A DNA stretch of 23,121 nucleotides from an uncultured Thermoplasmatales archaeon. GTDB lineage: Archaea; Thermoplasmatota; E2; UBA202; DSCA01. The stretch's first letter is position 1. The number at the start of each line of letters is the position of its first letter. The DNA is taken from assembly GCA_964514975.1 (NCBI GenBank), contig CAZESS010000027.1, forward strand, positions 1 through 23,121. Reading direction: 5' to 3'. Below, piece by piece: positions 1 to 9,800 of the stretch. The notes under the pieces are model-generated. The model saw nothing but the letters and a program-made list of their open reading frames with translations, was not told where the DNA came from and did no database searches. A program made the translations under genes and the position numbers.

Positions 1-4
1 ATCC

Positions 5-41
5 TGCTCCCCTCCCTGCAGGGAGCAAGCTCCCTGCTTTT
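5..41. repeat. Overlapping GC-rich palindromes (REP-like or terminator hairpin)
   Basis: CTCCCTGCAGGGAG (12-25) is a perfect palindrome. GCAGGGAGC-AA-GCTCCCTGC (18-37) is a 9-bp stem followed by TTTT. Confidence 0.5.
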
Positions 42-122
42 AATTCTGTTGAAATGTTTCAGAAAAATTCTCATTCGCAGAGACTATCAAGGGAATTATA
101 TATTCAAACCCAATAAGATAAT

Positions 123-902
123 ATGGTAGCACATAAAGCCAAAAAGTATTATCACGATTATAAGTTAGAGGAATTATCGAGGGTGTTATTAGAACTATAC
201 GAAGACGGCTGTTCCGAAGATGATGGTTTCAATAACTTAAAAAGATTTATTGAATCGAAAAATATCGACCAGTTGAATGAGAAATTGATGACTATATTTC
301 ACTATATATTCTTTGGTGACTTTGAGGTGGCGGAAAAATATAATACACATTTTTTGTCATTGCTTAACAAAAAATCTGATACCATACAAAAGGTCATTGA
401 TGAAATATTTTTAAAGTACAATTATGGAAATCATAGGAAATATTGCAAAAAATCCTATGACTATTACGAAAAAGCCGTAAATAGTTTTTTAGGAATCCTG
501 CAGCAAATTGAAAATGATATCCAGAATGATGTAACATTTGATAGATTGTACAATAAGATTATCTGTTTGTATTCCTTTGGAAGAACTGCTACATGGGATT
601 TTTTGGAATGTGTTGACAGAATAATTGTAGACGGGGGTTTACATCCAACCAAAATGTATTTACAAAATGCTACAGGCCCAAAAAATGGTGTTTTCTATTT
701 CTTTGGCGTAGAAAATGTTAGCCAGCTAAAATATAAGTTTAGCGATGACTGCCTTAATGAGTACACTGACGGTGAAGTTTTAGAAAAGGCAGGGGCGCAA
801 ATATTCAATATTATTAAAAATTCAGATATACCTGATAAAATTAAGAGAGATAAATTTCTAATCTATCGAGTAGAGGATGCATTGTGCATTTTTCAAAAAT
901 GA
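123..902 (+). CDS. Alpha-glutamyl/putrescinyl thymine pyrophosphorylase clade 3-like protein (aGPT-Pplase3; HhH-glycosylase-fold amino acid:DNA transferase)
   Basis: 259 aa. The C-terminal half reads FDRLY..I..LYSFGRTATWDFL, P.KMYL.NATGPKNG..FFG and terminal VEDALCIFQK. This matches the remembered aGPT-Pplase3 pattern FGR(T/L)..FD.L / YL..ATGP..GA..LFG / EDALCNWQK. Confidence 0.72.
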   Translation: MVAHKAKKYYHDYKLEELSRVLLELYEDGCSEDDGFNNLKRFIESKNIDQLNEKLMTIFHYIFFGDFEVAEKYNTHFLSLLNKKSDTIQKVIDEIFLKYNYGNHRKYCKKSYDYYEKAVNSFLGILQQIENDIQNDVTFDRLYNKIICLYSFGRTATWDFLECVDRIIVDGGLHPTKMYLQNATGPKNGVFYFFGVENVSQLKYKFSDDCLNEYTDGEVLEKAGAQIFNIIKNSDIPDKIKRDKFLIYRVEDALCIFQK

Positions 903-1088
903 AACAAAATTATGGCAAACGGTTGGGAGGTGCATTGTTAGGCGGAAAAAGAGCGATTAATACCAACTGTTGAAATTCTAAAATAGCGTTCGGTGAGTAA
1001 GTGATAAGCAGAGGCGGTTGTATATTTTTGCCTTCAAATTTAGAAACTTCCGTAAATAATAAGGAATAGGTTTACAATCACTGGTACC

Positions 1089-2006
1089 ATGGCAAGCTAT
1101 CTAATCCCATACCAAGACCCACGTAAGATCGAGGGGCACGAAGACCCCATGTTTGAGGAATACACCTATGGGGATATTGGTAGCAGAGGAAAAAAATTGC
1201 TCAATAAAGTCGATAAAGGTGACTATCTGTTTTTCCACACAACCCAAAAAGGCAAGCGAGTTCTTACCTCATATTTCGTTATCGAGAAAACAATGCCTGC
1301 AGACGAAGCCAAGCAAAACAAACTGATCACGATGAAATACAAAAACCCACATCTGGATAGGGAAGAGATCTACGAGCACGACACACTCGCATTCGGCAAC
1401 CCCATATTCTCCAACAACCTCAAAAGACCGCTCGAACTCACCAAGGAACTATTACAGCAATTGTCCATAAAAACAACCTTCAATCGCACCCAAACAGAGC
1501 TCGGGCAAATATCATCAACGCTCCGCAGCTGGAGAGAACTGGGTGACGACGACATCGAATTTTTATTAAATAAAATAGCGGAGATAGAGGAACGGAGTTT
1601 TCTCCGCCACACACCCATATCCACGAAGGAAATAGAGCAACTTCGAGAAGAAGACATCGAAAACTTCATCGAAGAAAATCCAAAGGTTCTGGGAAACGAT
1701 ATCCAGCTACTTGAACGACAATATACACTGCAATCAGACCACCGAATTGACCTATTGTGCAAAGATAACAACGGCTACGTCGTAGTGGAGATAAAACTGG
1801 GTTCCATTGGCAGAGACGCCTACAAACAAGTCAGGAAATACATGAAACAACTAAAAAAAGAAGAAGGCGAACAGGTGAAAGGCATTCTTGTCTGCGCTGA
1901 CATACTCCCGGTTTTTGAAGATTACCTCATCAAACGAATAAACGAAGGAAAAGTCGAAGTCTACCTCTACTCATGGAAATTTACCCTGAACAAATTCAGA
2001 CCGTAG
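1089..2006 (+). CDS. Nmad3-like (nucleotide-modification-associated) domain fused to a NucS/EndoMS C-terminal-type PD-(D/E)XK nuclease
   Basis: The N-terminal HEDPMFEEYTYGD...KGDYLFFH...YFVIE...NPH resembles Nmad3 (H.DP.F..TYGD). The C-terminal E.DIENFIEENP..LG...LLERQY......RIDLL.KD....VVVEIK.G......Q..KY is a NucS-like nuclease motif set. Confidence 0.7.
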   Translation: MASYLIPYQDPRKIEGHEDPMFEEYTYGDIGSRGKKLLNKVDKGDYLFFHTTQKGKRVLTSYFVIEKTMPADEAKQNKLITMKYKNPHLDREEIYEHDTLAFGNPIFSNNLKRPLELTKELLQQLSIKTTFNRTQTELGQISSTLRSWRELGDDDIEFLLNKIAEIEERSFLRHTPISTKEIEQLREEDIENFIEENPKVLGNDIQLLERQYTLQSDHRIDLLCKDNNGYVVVEIKLGSIGRDAYKQVRKYMKQLKKEEGEQVKGILVCADILPVFEDYLIKRINEGKVEVYLYSWKFTLNKFRP

Positions 2007-2048
2007 AGAATTCAAACCAATAAATCTCGATAAAAATACCAAGGTCAC

Positions 2049-2428
2049 ACTGTTTATATAGCCCTCAAAAATTAATGCTCTCTGTCACTGTCTTACAGGA
2101 GGATATTTTTTGTCAAATTCCATCAAATCCAAAAATGTTCATATAGAAATTTTCACCCTTCGTTACACTCCGATAATCCCCTATAATGTTTATATTACAT
2201 CTTGACAATAGCCCTGAAAAACTGTTTATATGGCAGTATCTACCCTGTCTTTCTGACGATTTCCTTCCATTTTTCCCTCAATTTTGCCAACATCGTGCTT
2301 TTTTCCCCGCTTTCTCAAATTTCAGACGTGGTTTTTCGGTCATTCAACGGCTTGTTTTAGCCAAAATGTGGCTTGAGTGGGGCTATAGACGGGGGCTATA
2401 GGGGGCGTGGATTTTACCCATAGGGTAA
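2049..2428. promoter_or_regulatory. Intergenic cluster of short direct and inverted repeats
   Basis: TGTTTATAT x3 (2051, 2187, 2223). ATAGCCCTnAAAAA x2 (2058, 2208). Opposite-orientation GGGGCTATAG x2 (2379, 2392). Inverted repeat TTACCC-ATA-GGGTAA (2414-2428). Confidence 0.4.
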
Positions 2429-2494
2429 CATCTACTACCTCTACCCTCATGGAAGCGAAAGGGTAAAAAGGGACGGCAAGTTAGTACATACAAG

Positions 2495-2881
2495 ATGTCA
2501 TTATACGAAAGCAATTGGCCACTTTACCTTAACATAATCCCCGACGCAGAAAAGAAGGAGCACTTCACGTGGCGGGAGCGAGTGGCTCTATTTGTTATCA
2601 AGGACGACATGAAGACCTACCGGAAACGCCTCCAGTATATGTTCAGTCTTTCCTACAAGCATGCGGATAAGATTTTGAGGCAATTTGCAAATGATGGGTT
2701 TTGCAGGACGGAAAAGAGACGAAGCAGCCGCATCGTTGACTATATTTTTAACCAGAAGTTACGCCGATACGCTAAGAAAGTATACCAGAAAAAGGTCAAA
2801 CCGCACACCAAGTTTTCGTGGAAGGAATATGCTGACTTTGTTCCCGGCCGCCGTCCGTATAGTTATTGGCGTCGGAGGTGA
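2495..2881 (+). CDS. Small basic hypothetical protein, winged-HTH-like (paralog A)
   Basis: 128 aa, K/R-rich. The pattern L..MFSLSYKHADKILRQFANDGFC..EKR....VDYIF resembles a wHTH recognition helix plus wing. Clear similarity to the next ORF. Confidence 0.7.
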   Translation: MSLYESNWPLYLNIIPDAEKKEHFTWRERVALFVIKDDMKTYRKRLQYMFSLSYKHADKILRQFANDGFCRTEKRRSSRIVDYIFNQKLRRYAKKVYQKKVKPHTKFSWKEYADFVPGRRPYSYWRRR

Positions 2882-3028
2882 CAAAGCACCAGACAGCATA
2901 ACCTTCTTGTCCTGTCTTCTATACCGCACGTTGACGGCGATGAAAGCACAATCCAGCCATGCAAACATACCTCCCGTTTATTAATAACAAGCAAACTTAA
3001 TATAGGAAGGCCATTTATATATTATAAG

Positions 3029-3379
3029 ATGTCAACATGGACTGGATCCGAGCCTATATTCGACTGGCTGATGCGGGTGTTGAGAGAAAAGGAAAACTTC
3101 ACGTGGCGGCAACGGATTGCCCTCTGGCTGCCCCGTAAAAACTGGGCAGTGACCCACTACGACCTGAAGCGGCGGTTCGACATGTCGTACACGTTCGCCC
3201 ACAAGATGCTGTCAAAGTTACAGAACGACGGCCTCTGCTACCGGCAAAAAAGAGAAGGCAGCTGCATCGTCGACTACATCTTCAACGACGCCATGTACAA
3301 TTACGCAAAGTATATCTTCAAGAAAAAGGTTGACAACCACGTCAACTTTTCTTGGAAAAAGTACCTGCAATGTAGTTGA
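3029..3379 (+). CDS. Small basic hypothetical protein, winged-HTH-like (paralog B)
   Basis: 116 aa. Shares KE.FTWR.R.AL, SY..A.K.L....NDG.C...KR..S.IVDYIFN....YAK....KKV..H..FSWK.Y with 2495-2881. AT-rich TATA-like sequence at ~2995-3025. Confidence 0.72.
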   Translation: MSTWTGSEPIFDWLMRVLREKENFTWRQRIALWLPRKNWAVTHYDLKRRFDMSYTFAHKMLSKLQNDGLCYRQKREGSCIVDYIFNDAMYNYAKYIFKKKVDNHVNFSWKKYLQCS

Positions 3380-3481
3380 AATCATCACCACCTCTGTCGG
3401 CCAGAACCGCACTGCAAGCCACACGTATCCAAGGCCTTCACACCCCCTCTATTGCCCCATATACCACGTTTCAGGACGGGG

Positions 3482-3506
3482 TTTACCATGGTAAAGTTTC
3501 GAAACT
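3482..3506. promoter_or_regulatory. Two abutting perfect palindromes
   Basis: TTTACCATGGTAAA (3482-3495) and AGTTTCGAAACT (3495-3506). Confidence 0.4.
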
Positions 3507-3697
3507 ATCCCCGCCTACAAAAACGCCGGAGCGCTCTCCCTGCAGATGGTGGTACTGCATACCCCATCCTGCATCCCTACGGACGAATGCCAGAGAGGAT
3601 TTCTATAGAGCTTCTCCCCAAGACCATCACAAAAAATTCTGACGAAAAAATTCAAAATTTCTCAAAAATATTTTTCTTCCCTGATTTTCCCATATTT

Positions 3698-3739
3698 GTT
3701 ACGTTATCCTCATAACATAACGCTACTGTATACAGTAGC
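3698..3739. promoter_or_regulatory. Two abutting inverted repeats upstream of the giant surface-protein gene
   Basis: GTTACGTTAT-cctc-ATAACATAAC (3698-3721, one mismatch) is directly followed by the perfect 18-bp palindrome GCTACTGTATACAGTAGC (3722-3739). Confidence 0.45.
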
Positions 3740-3890
3740 ACATAACGGGTGCTAAAATAGTAGGCATTTTGTGGAATGAAAATCCATCATAAAAATCAAT
3801 AAATATTATACAAACCCTGAATTCCTATATAGAATAATTTTGGGTTATATTTTTAAATATATTGTAGTTATGGATGAAAGAGGTTTACCC

Positions 3891-6800
3891 ATGCGGAAGA
3901 CATATTTGGCTCTGTTGATTGTTGCGGTTGCCTGCTTGGCCGCCGCTTCTTTTCTGGTATATGAAATTGGAGACGGCATGATGGATGTAGAGGCTGCAGG
4001 TGGAGGGTATCCCGCCGCTGATGTCTACGTGGATGCTGACGCCGACCCCGGCTGGTATGATGCAACACATGTTCATACGGTGCAGGAAGGAGTTGATAAC
4101 GCATCTGCTGGCGATACCATCTTTGTATACAATGGTACCTATTTTGAAAATGTGGAGGTAAATAAACAGCTCACGCTTCTAGGCGAGGATAGAAATGGGA
4201 CGATTATAGATGGTGGCGGAGATGGGGATGTTGTGCATGTTATCGCTGATTGGGTGAATATATCTGGATTCACTGTGCGGGGCAGTGGGTCAGACTGGAG
4301 GGATGCAGGGATAAAACTTGACAGTGTTCAGCATTGCCGTATAGACAATACCACCATCAGCAACAACAGCGATGATGGCATCGATCTGTCTTCTTCCTGC
4401 AATGATAATACTGTGTCGGGGAACACCATCCGCAACAACTGGGATGGCATCTTGCTGTCTTCTTCCTGCAATGATAATACTGTGTCGGGGAACACCATCA
4501 CCAACAACAGCGATGATGGCATCGATCTGTCTTCTTCCAGCAATAATACTGTGTCGGGGAACACCGTCACCAACAACAGCGATGATGGCATCGATCTGTC
4601 TTCTTCCTGCAATGATAATACTGTGTCGGGGAACACCATCACCAACAACAGCGATGATGGCATCGATCTGTCTTCTTCCAGCAATAATACTGTGTCGGGG
4701 AACACCATCACCAACAACAGCGGTGATGGCATCTTGCTGTCTTCTTCCAGCAATAATACTGTGTCGGGGAACACCATCACCAACAACAACTGGGCTGGCA
4801 TTGATTTGGTCCACTCCTACAACTGCACTGTTATTGATAGCACCATGGTTGATGACGGGATAACAATATATGGCTACAACATAGAAGAATATGCCACCCA
4901 CACAATCGATACTTCCAATAATGTAAATGGCAAGCCCGTCTATTATTGGAAGAACGTAAGGGGTGGCACCGTTCCATCGGGAGCAGGACAAATTATTCTT
5001 GCTAACTGCACAAATGTAACGGTGGAAAACCAGAATGTGAGCAACGCACCCATTGGAATACAGGCATACTTTTCACATAACTGCACCATCACTAATACCA
5101 CCGCTAACAAAAACTGGCTTGGCGTCTGGCTAAAATATTCCAGTAACAACTTCATTTACCACAACAACTTCATCAACAACACCCAAAACGCCTACGACGA
5201 AGGAAACAATACATGGTACAACGCAACCCTTGATGAGGGCAACTACTGGGATGACTACAATGGCAGCGACACAAATAGTGACGGCATAGGTGACCAGCCG
5301 TATAATATCAGCGGTGGAGACAATCAAGACCTGTATCCACTAATGGAACCATGGAATTATACAACTCCTCCAGTGGAAAACATTACGCTTGGATATGGAG
5401 ATATCTCCTGCTGGGTGAACGGCAGCAGGGTCTTCAACATCACGCTCACAAACACCGGCACAGTGAACACCACCATCACCAACATCACCGTCAGCGAGAA
5501 CTGGATACAATGGATGACCTCCCCGTTCACCATAGACAGCGATGAGAGCAGCGACACCTGGCTGCAGATGCAGGTGCCAGCCGACGCCACCACTGGAACC
5601 CACACCATCACTTTCACCATAGATACCACTACCTATGGCACCATACAGCGACAGCTTTCCATCCAGATATATGAGGAGCGGAGTGCCTCGGTTACCGTCA
5701 CCGTCGTGGACAACGAAACTGGTAGCCCGCTGCAGAATGCCATGGTGATGATCGATGACAACGCCTCCCTCCACTATACCAACCAGGATGGCCAGACCAG
5801 CTTCCAGACCACACCCGGCATACACAGCTTTTATGCCGGGAGGGAAGGTTATTTGCTGAAAGAGACACAGGCACATATCGACATCGGCGACAACACGGCT
5901 ACCATCCGACTGGATCCCGGCGAGGTCATGCTGGTCAACGTCACCGCAGAGCCAATGAACTACAGCGAGATATCCGATGCAGGAGTGAACGTGCAAGACC
6001 CTGACAACTATGACTTCTACAGCTTCTCCCTCGACCTCTTCGTGGAAGACCATCCGTTGACAGACTACGACACTTGGTTCGAGACACCAAGCGAAGGCGG
6101 TGGAAGCTGGAGTGGCTTGTTCGACGGAGACCAGAAACACTATGTCTGGGTACCGAAGGGCAAAAATCCGCTAAATGATGTTACCATCCATTATGATGAC
6201 GGCAGCGGTACCACCGGTTCATACACCTATATCGGCAACCTCTACGACGACGTTGCCGGGGCAGAAGGCGAGATAGCACACGCATGGGTCCACATCGAGG
6301 GTTCCGTCCATGTCCTCAAAGAGTTTTTCCGGGTGTCGGTGGAAATAACGAATAACGCTGACCCATCATTCACGTTTACCGACATCACGGCGAACATCAC
6401 CCTCCCGGAGGGATTGTCGCTCCCGCAGTTGAATGGCAGCGCACAGCCGACCACGAAAACCATGGATGACATCCCCGGGCAAACCAATGGGACAACAAGC
6501 TGGGTGGTCCGAGGCGACAAGGCAGGGACATACAACCTCTCCGTTGGGGTGTGTGCAACCGTGATGCCATTCAATGTGGACATTACAGGGAGTGGCCAGG
6601 CCACGATAACCGTCTATGGGACAGGGAGAGTACAACCCGTGTTCATGCCCGCTCGCTATGTCAGGTCAGGGATACCCTTTGTGTTTACCATGGGCATCCA
6701 TAACCCGACGCCTCGGGCAGCCTACAACGTCAGCATCAGCCTCCACAACGATGCTCTCGGCAACGTAATCTTGGATGATGCCGCCACCAAATACCTGGGG

Positions 6801-9800
6801 ACCATAAAGCCTGGACAAACCAAGTATGCCGCCTGGCGGCTCATCCCGTCAGTGTCAGGATTCGTGGTACTGGATGCGTCAAGCGTTTACACCGACCGGG
6901 ATGGCACGTTGGAACCCCGGCTTACCTTCTACGATGACACATACAGCGGGGCTACCACGGCCCTTTACATCGCCAGTCAGCAGGTACTGAATGCAGAGAT
7001 GCATGCCTTCGCCGGCGAGCTCACGCAATGTAAAATGGTGTATACCACCACTTCGGAGGACTTCCTGTGGCATGCGATTAATACCGCAAGCTCCGGCGGC
7101 ATCGTGGGCGCCTACAACCTTGCACTCTCCGTTGCCGACATGGCAGAAAACGTTGCATTTGACAGCATATTCGGGGATGAACAAGTCAAACAGGCGACGA
7201 CCGAAGAGCAGATACTGGAAAATATCACCCGGATGCTGCAGCACAATGTCTCGGTGAACCTGACCATGTTCGACAATCATATGACCGGCCAGGCCCTCTC
7301 GGACTGGCTATACCAGGACTACAACGACACCCTACATGATGTGGAGGGCATGGGCGACCTCTCTGGCGGTGACCAAGAGGAGGTCTCTGACATATTGCAT
7401 GATCTGCAGGTCTCCGCCCGGCAGAACACGGTGGTTGAGGTGGCTGGCAACTCGTCAACGCTCGGGACTGTCTACCCGTTGCTATTCGAGTCAGTAGGCC
7501 TCAGGGAGAAATATGACCGCTGGGGCACCATTGGAAAGCTGACAACAGTTGGCTCTCTCGGCTTCCTGCTGATACCAGGCGGGCAGGTGGTATCGTTGAT
7601 GCTGACGGTGGGCGGTGCCGCTATCGGCACCTATCAGCAGCTCATCAAGCACAGCTTGGTGAACGTAACGGGGACCAGCTGCGTGAGCTACATATCAGAT
7701 TTGGATAACTTTACCCGATGCACCAGCAACATCTTTTCATTTATGGACGACATGAGCAACCCAACTACCTTCTCAGCAGGCACGGATAGCATAACCGTGG
7801 TCAACATGTCGATGCCAAGCATCGTTATAGAGGATAATTGTTATACGGGAAGTGCAACAGGAACCATCACGGTGGATAACCCGTCAGCCAGTAGCAGGCA
7901 GGTGACCGGGGAAGTAGTCATCAAGCAGATGACAAACGGAACGCCAATCGTCGACCGTGTGCCCATCAGCACGTCTATCCAGGCCTCATCAACTTCGACT
8001 ATCTCCTTCCAATATAATGTTTCATGCTATCCCGGTATGCCGGCAGGATACATTGCAGAGATATCTCTATCGGCGGGTGACGAGCCACTACCCGATGAGA
8101 CGTCGCTGTTCACAGCCACCAGAGAAGATGAGTCCATAGCATCCTTTACGGAACAAGGGATGCTGTATGATACATCAACCATTCAATATAATCTCTCTTT
8201 GCCCCCGCATTCCGAGATGTATGTCGCATCGGCCACTCAGGGCGTGGAACTGCATCTCTATGGCAACAGCCACCTCGGCATGAACTATACAGCCGGCGTC
8301 ATGGACCAAGAGATAACGGGCACCTACTCCGGCTATCTGTCATCACCGCAATGGCTGCACATCGTCAACGAGGACGACACCGATAGCAACTATACCGTTG
8401 AGATTTATGGGCTCAACATGCCCACCGAGACAAACTACACCCTTAAATTTCTCGCTGTCAACACCTCAGCTACCCCACTGGTGTATCCTCCGAACGTTAC
8501 CGCCTCGATCAACAGCAACCGGAGCCATCTCGTCCTCGCCTATCATCCACCATATGAAAACACGTCAATCTTGGGTGTGAATATCTCTGGCAACATCATA
8601 CAGGCCGTCAGCGATATATGGTGGCCCTCGGGCAATCTATCTGGCGGCGAAAGCCATCCCATCGACATCACGCTTGCTTTTCCGGCAGCCGGCAGCTACA
8701 ATGGAACAGTGAACATATTCTCTGAAACACCATACGGCATGTCAAACAGCACGGTAACTGTGCGGGTAGAACAGAACAGTCTCCCAGTGGCAGATGCCGG
8801 GTTCAACCAGACGGTCAATGAGACCGTCGTGCAGCTTGACGCCTCTGGGTCATATGACAGCGACGGTAACATCACCGATTATAGGTGGGATTTCGGTGAT
8901 GGCACGGTGGAGCATGGAATGATATTCAACCACAGCTTTGCTCAGGGGGTACACGTGGTGACATTGGAGGTCACCGATGATGACGGGGGTGTTGATAGCG
9001 ATACTTGCACCATCATAGTTGATACTACCCCACCCATTACCACGGTAACATTATCGGGGATAGAAGGTAACAATGGCTGGTATCAAAGCCCTGTATCGGT
9101 GGCGCTTAATGCAACAGACAATCTGACCGCCGTCGACTACATGATGTATCGGCTGGATGACGGCGCATGGAAGCAGTACAATGAAACCATCTATGTAACG
9201 ATGGAAGGGATGCATAACCTTTCTTTTTATTCCGTGGACACAGCTGGGAACAATGAACAGATATCAACGAACACGTTCAAAATCGATGCAACACCGCCCG
9301 CTATTGAGTATATGATAATTCCCTCCACCCCCGGCGGTGATCAGGGATGGTATGTCAACCCTGTGCACATCGGATTTTCTACCACCGACAACATTTCTGG
9401 ATTAGACAGCCAATATTACCAGATAAACGATAGCCAATGGCAGCCGCTCATGTATAACAATATCTCATTGTGGGAAGACGGCATATATACCATTGGCTAT
9501 CGGGCACTGGACAAGGCAGGGAACAATGCGTCAATCATCCCGTTTACCATATCTATTGATGGAACGCCGCCAAATACAAATGCCTCTCTGGCAGGGACAG
9601 CAGGGAACAATGGCTGGTACACTGGCAACGTGATCGTAACATTAAATGCGGTGGATAACACCTCAGGCATCAACATCACACACTACCAGATTGATGATGG
9701 CGACTGGCAGCAATATCAGGATGCTTTCGTGGTGAGCGGCGACGGCAATCATACTATCCGATATTACTCGGTTGATACCGCTGGAAATACTGAATTGAAC

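Noticed and set aside
903-950. Integron attC site (GTTAGGC at 937-943 fits GTTRRRY)
   Set aside because: There is no complementary RYYYAAC/GCCTAAC arm after the ORF1 stop and no second site.
1089-2006. Housekeeping mismatch-repair NucS/EndoMS
   Set aside because: It lacks the canonical NucS N-terminal domain, carries a different N-terminal module, and sits in island context.
2186-2401. 71-aa ORF in the intergenic region, and similar ORFs at 3376-3715
   Set aside because: Composition is not protein-like, there are no motifs, and they overlap the repeat/palindrome arrays.
4353-4787. CRISPR array or DGR template/variable repeat
   Set aside because: The units are in-frame coding repeats with no unique spacers. 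Differences are not adenine-specific, and no reverse transcriptase or cas gene is present.
4290-4991. Repetitive ORFs overlapping the surface gene in other frames
   Set aside because: They are by-products of the stop-free tandem repeat.
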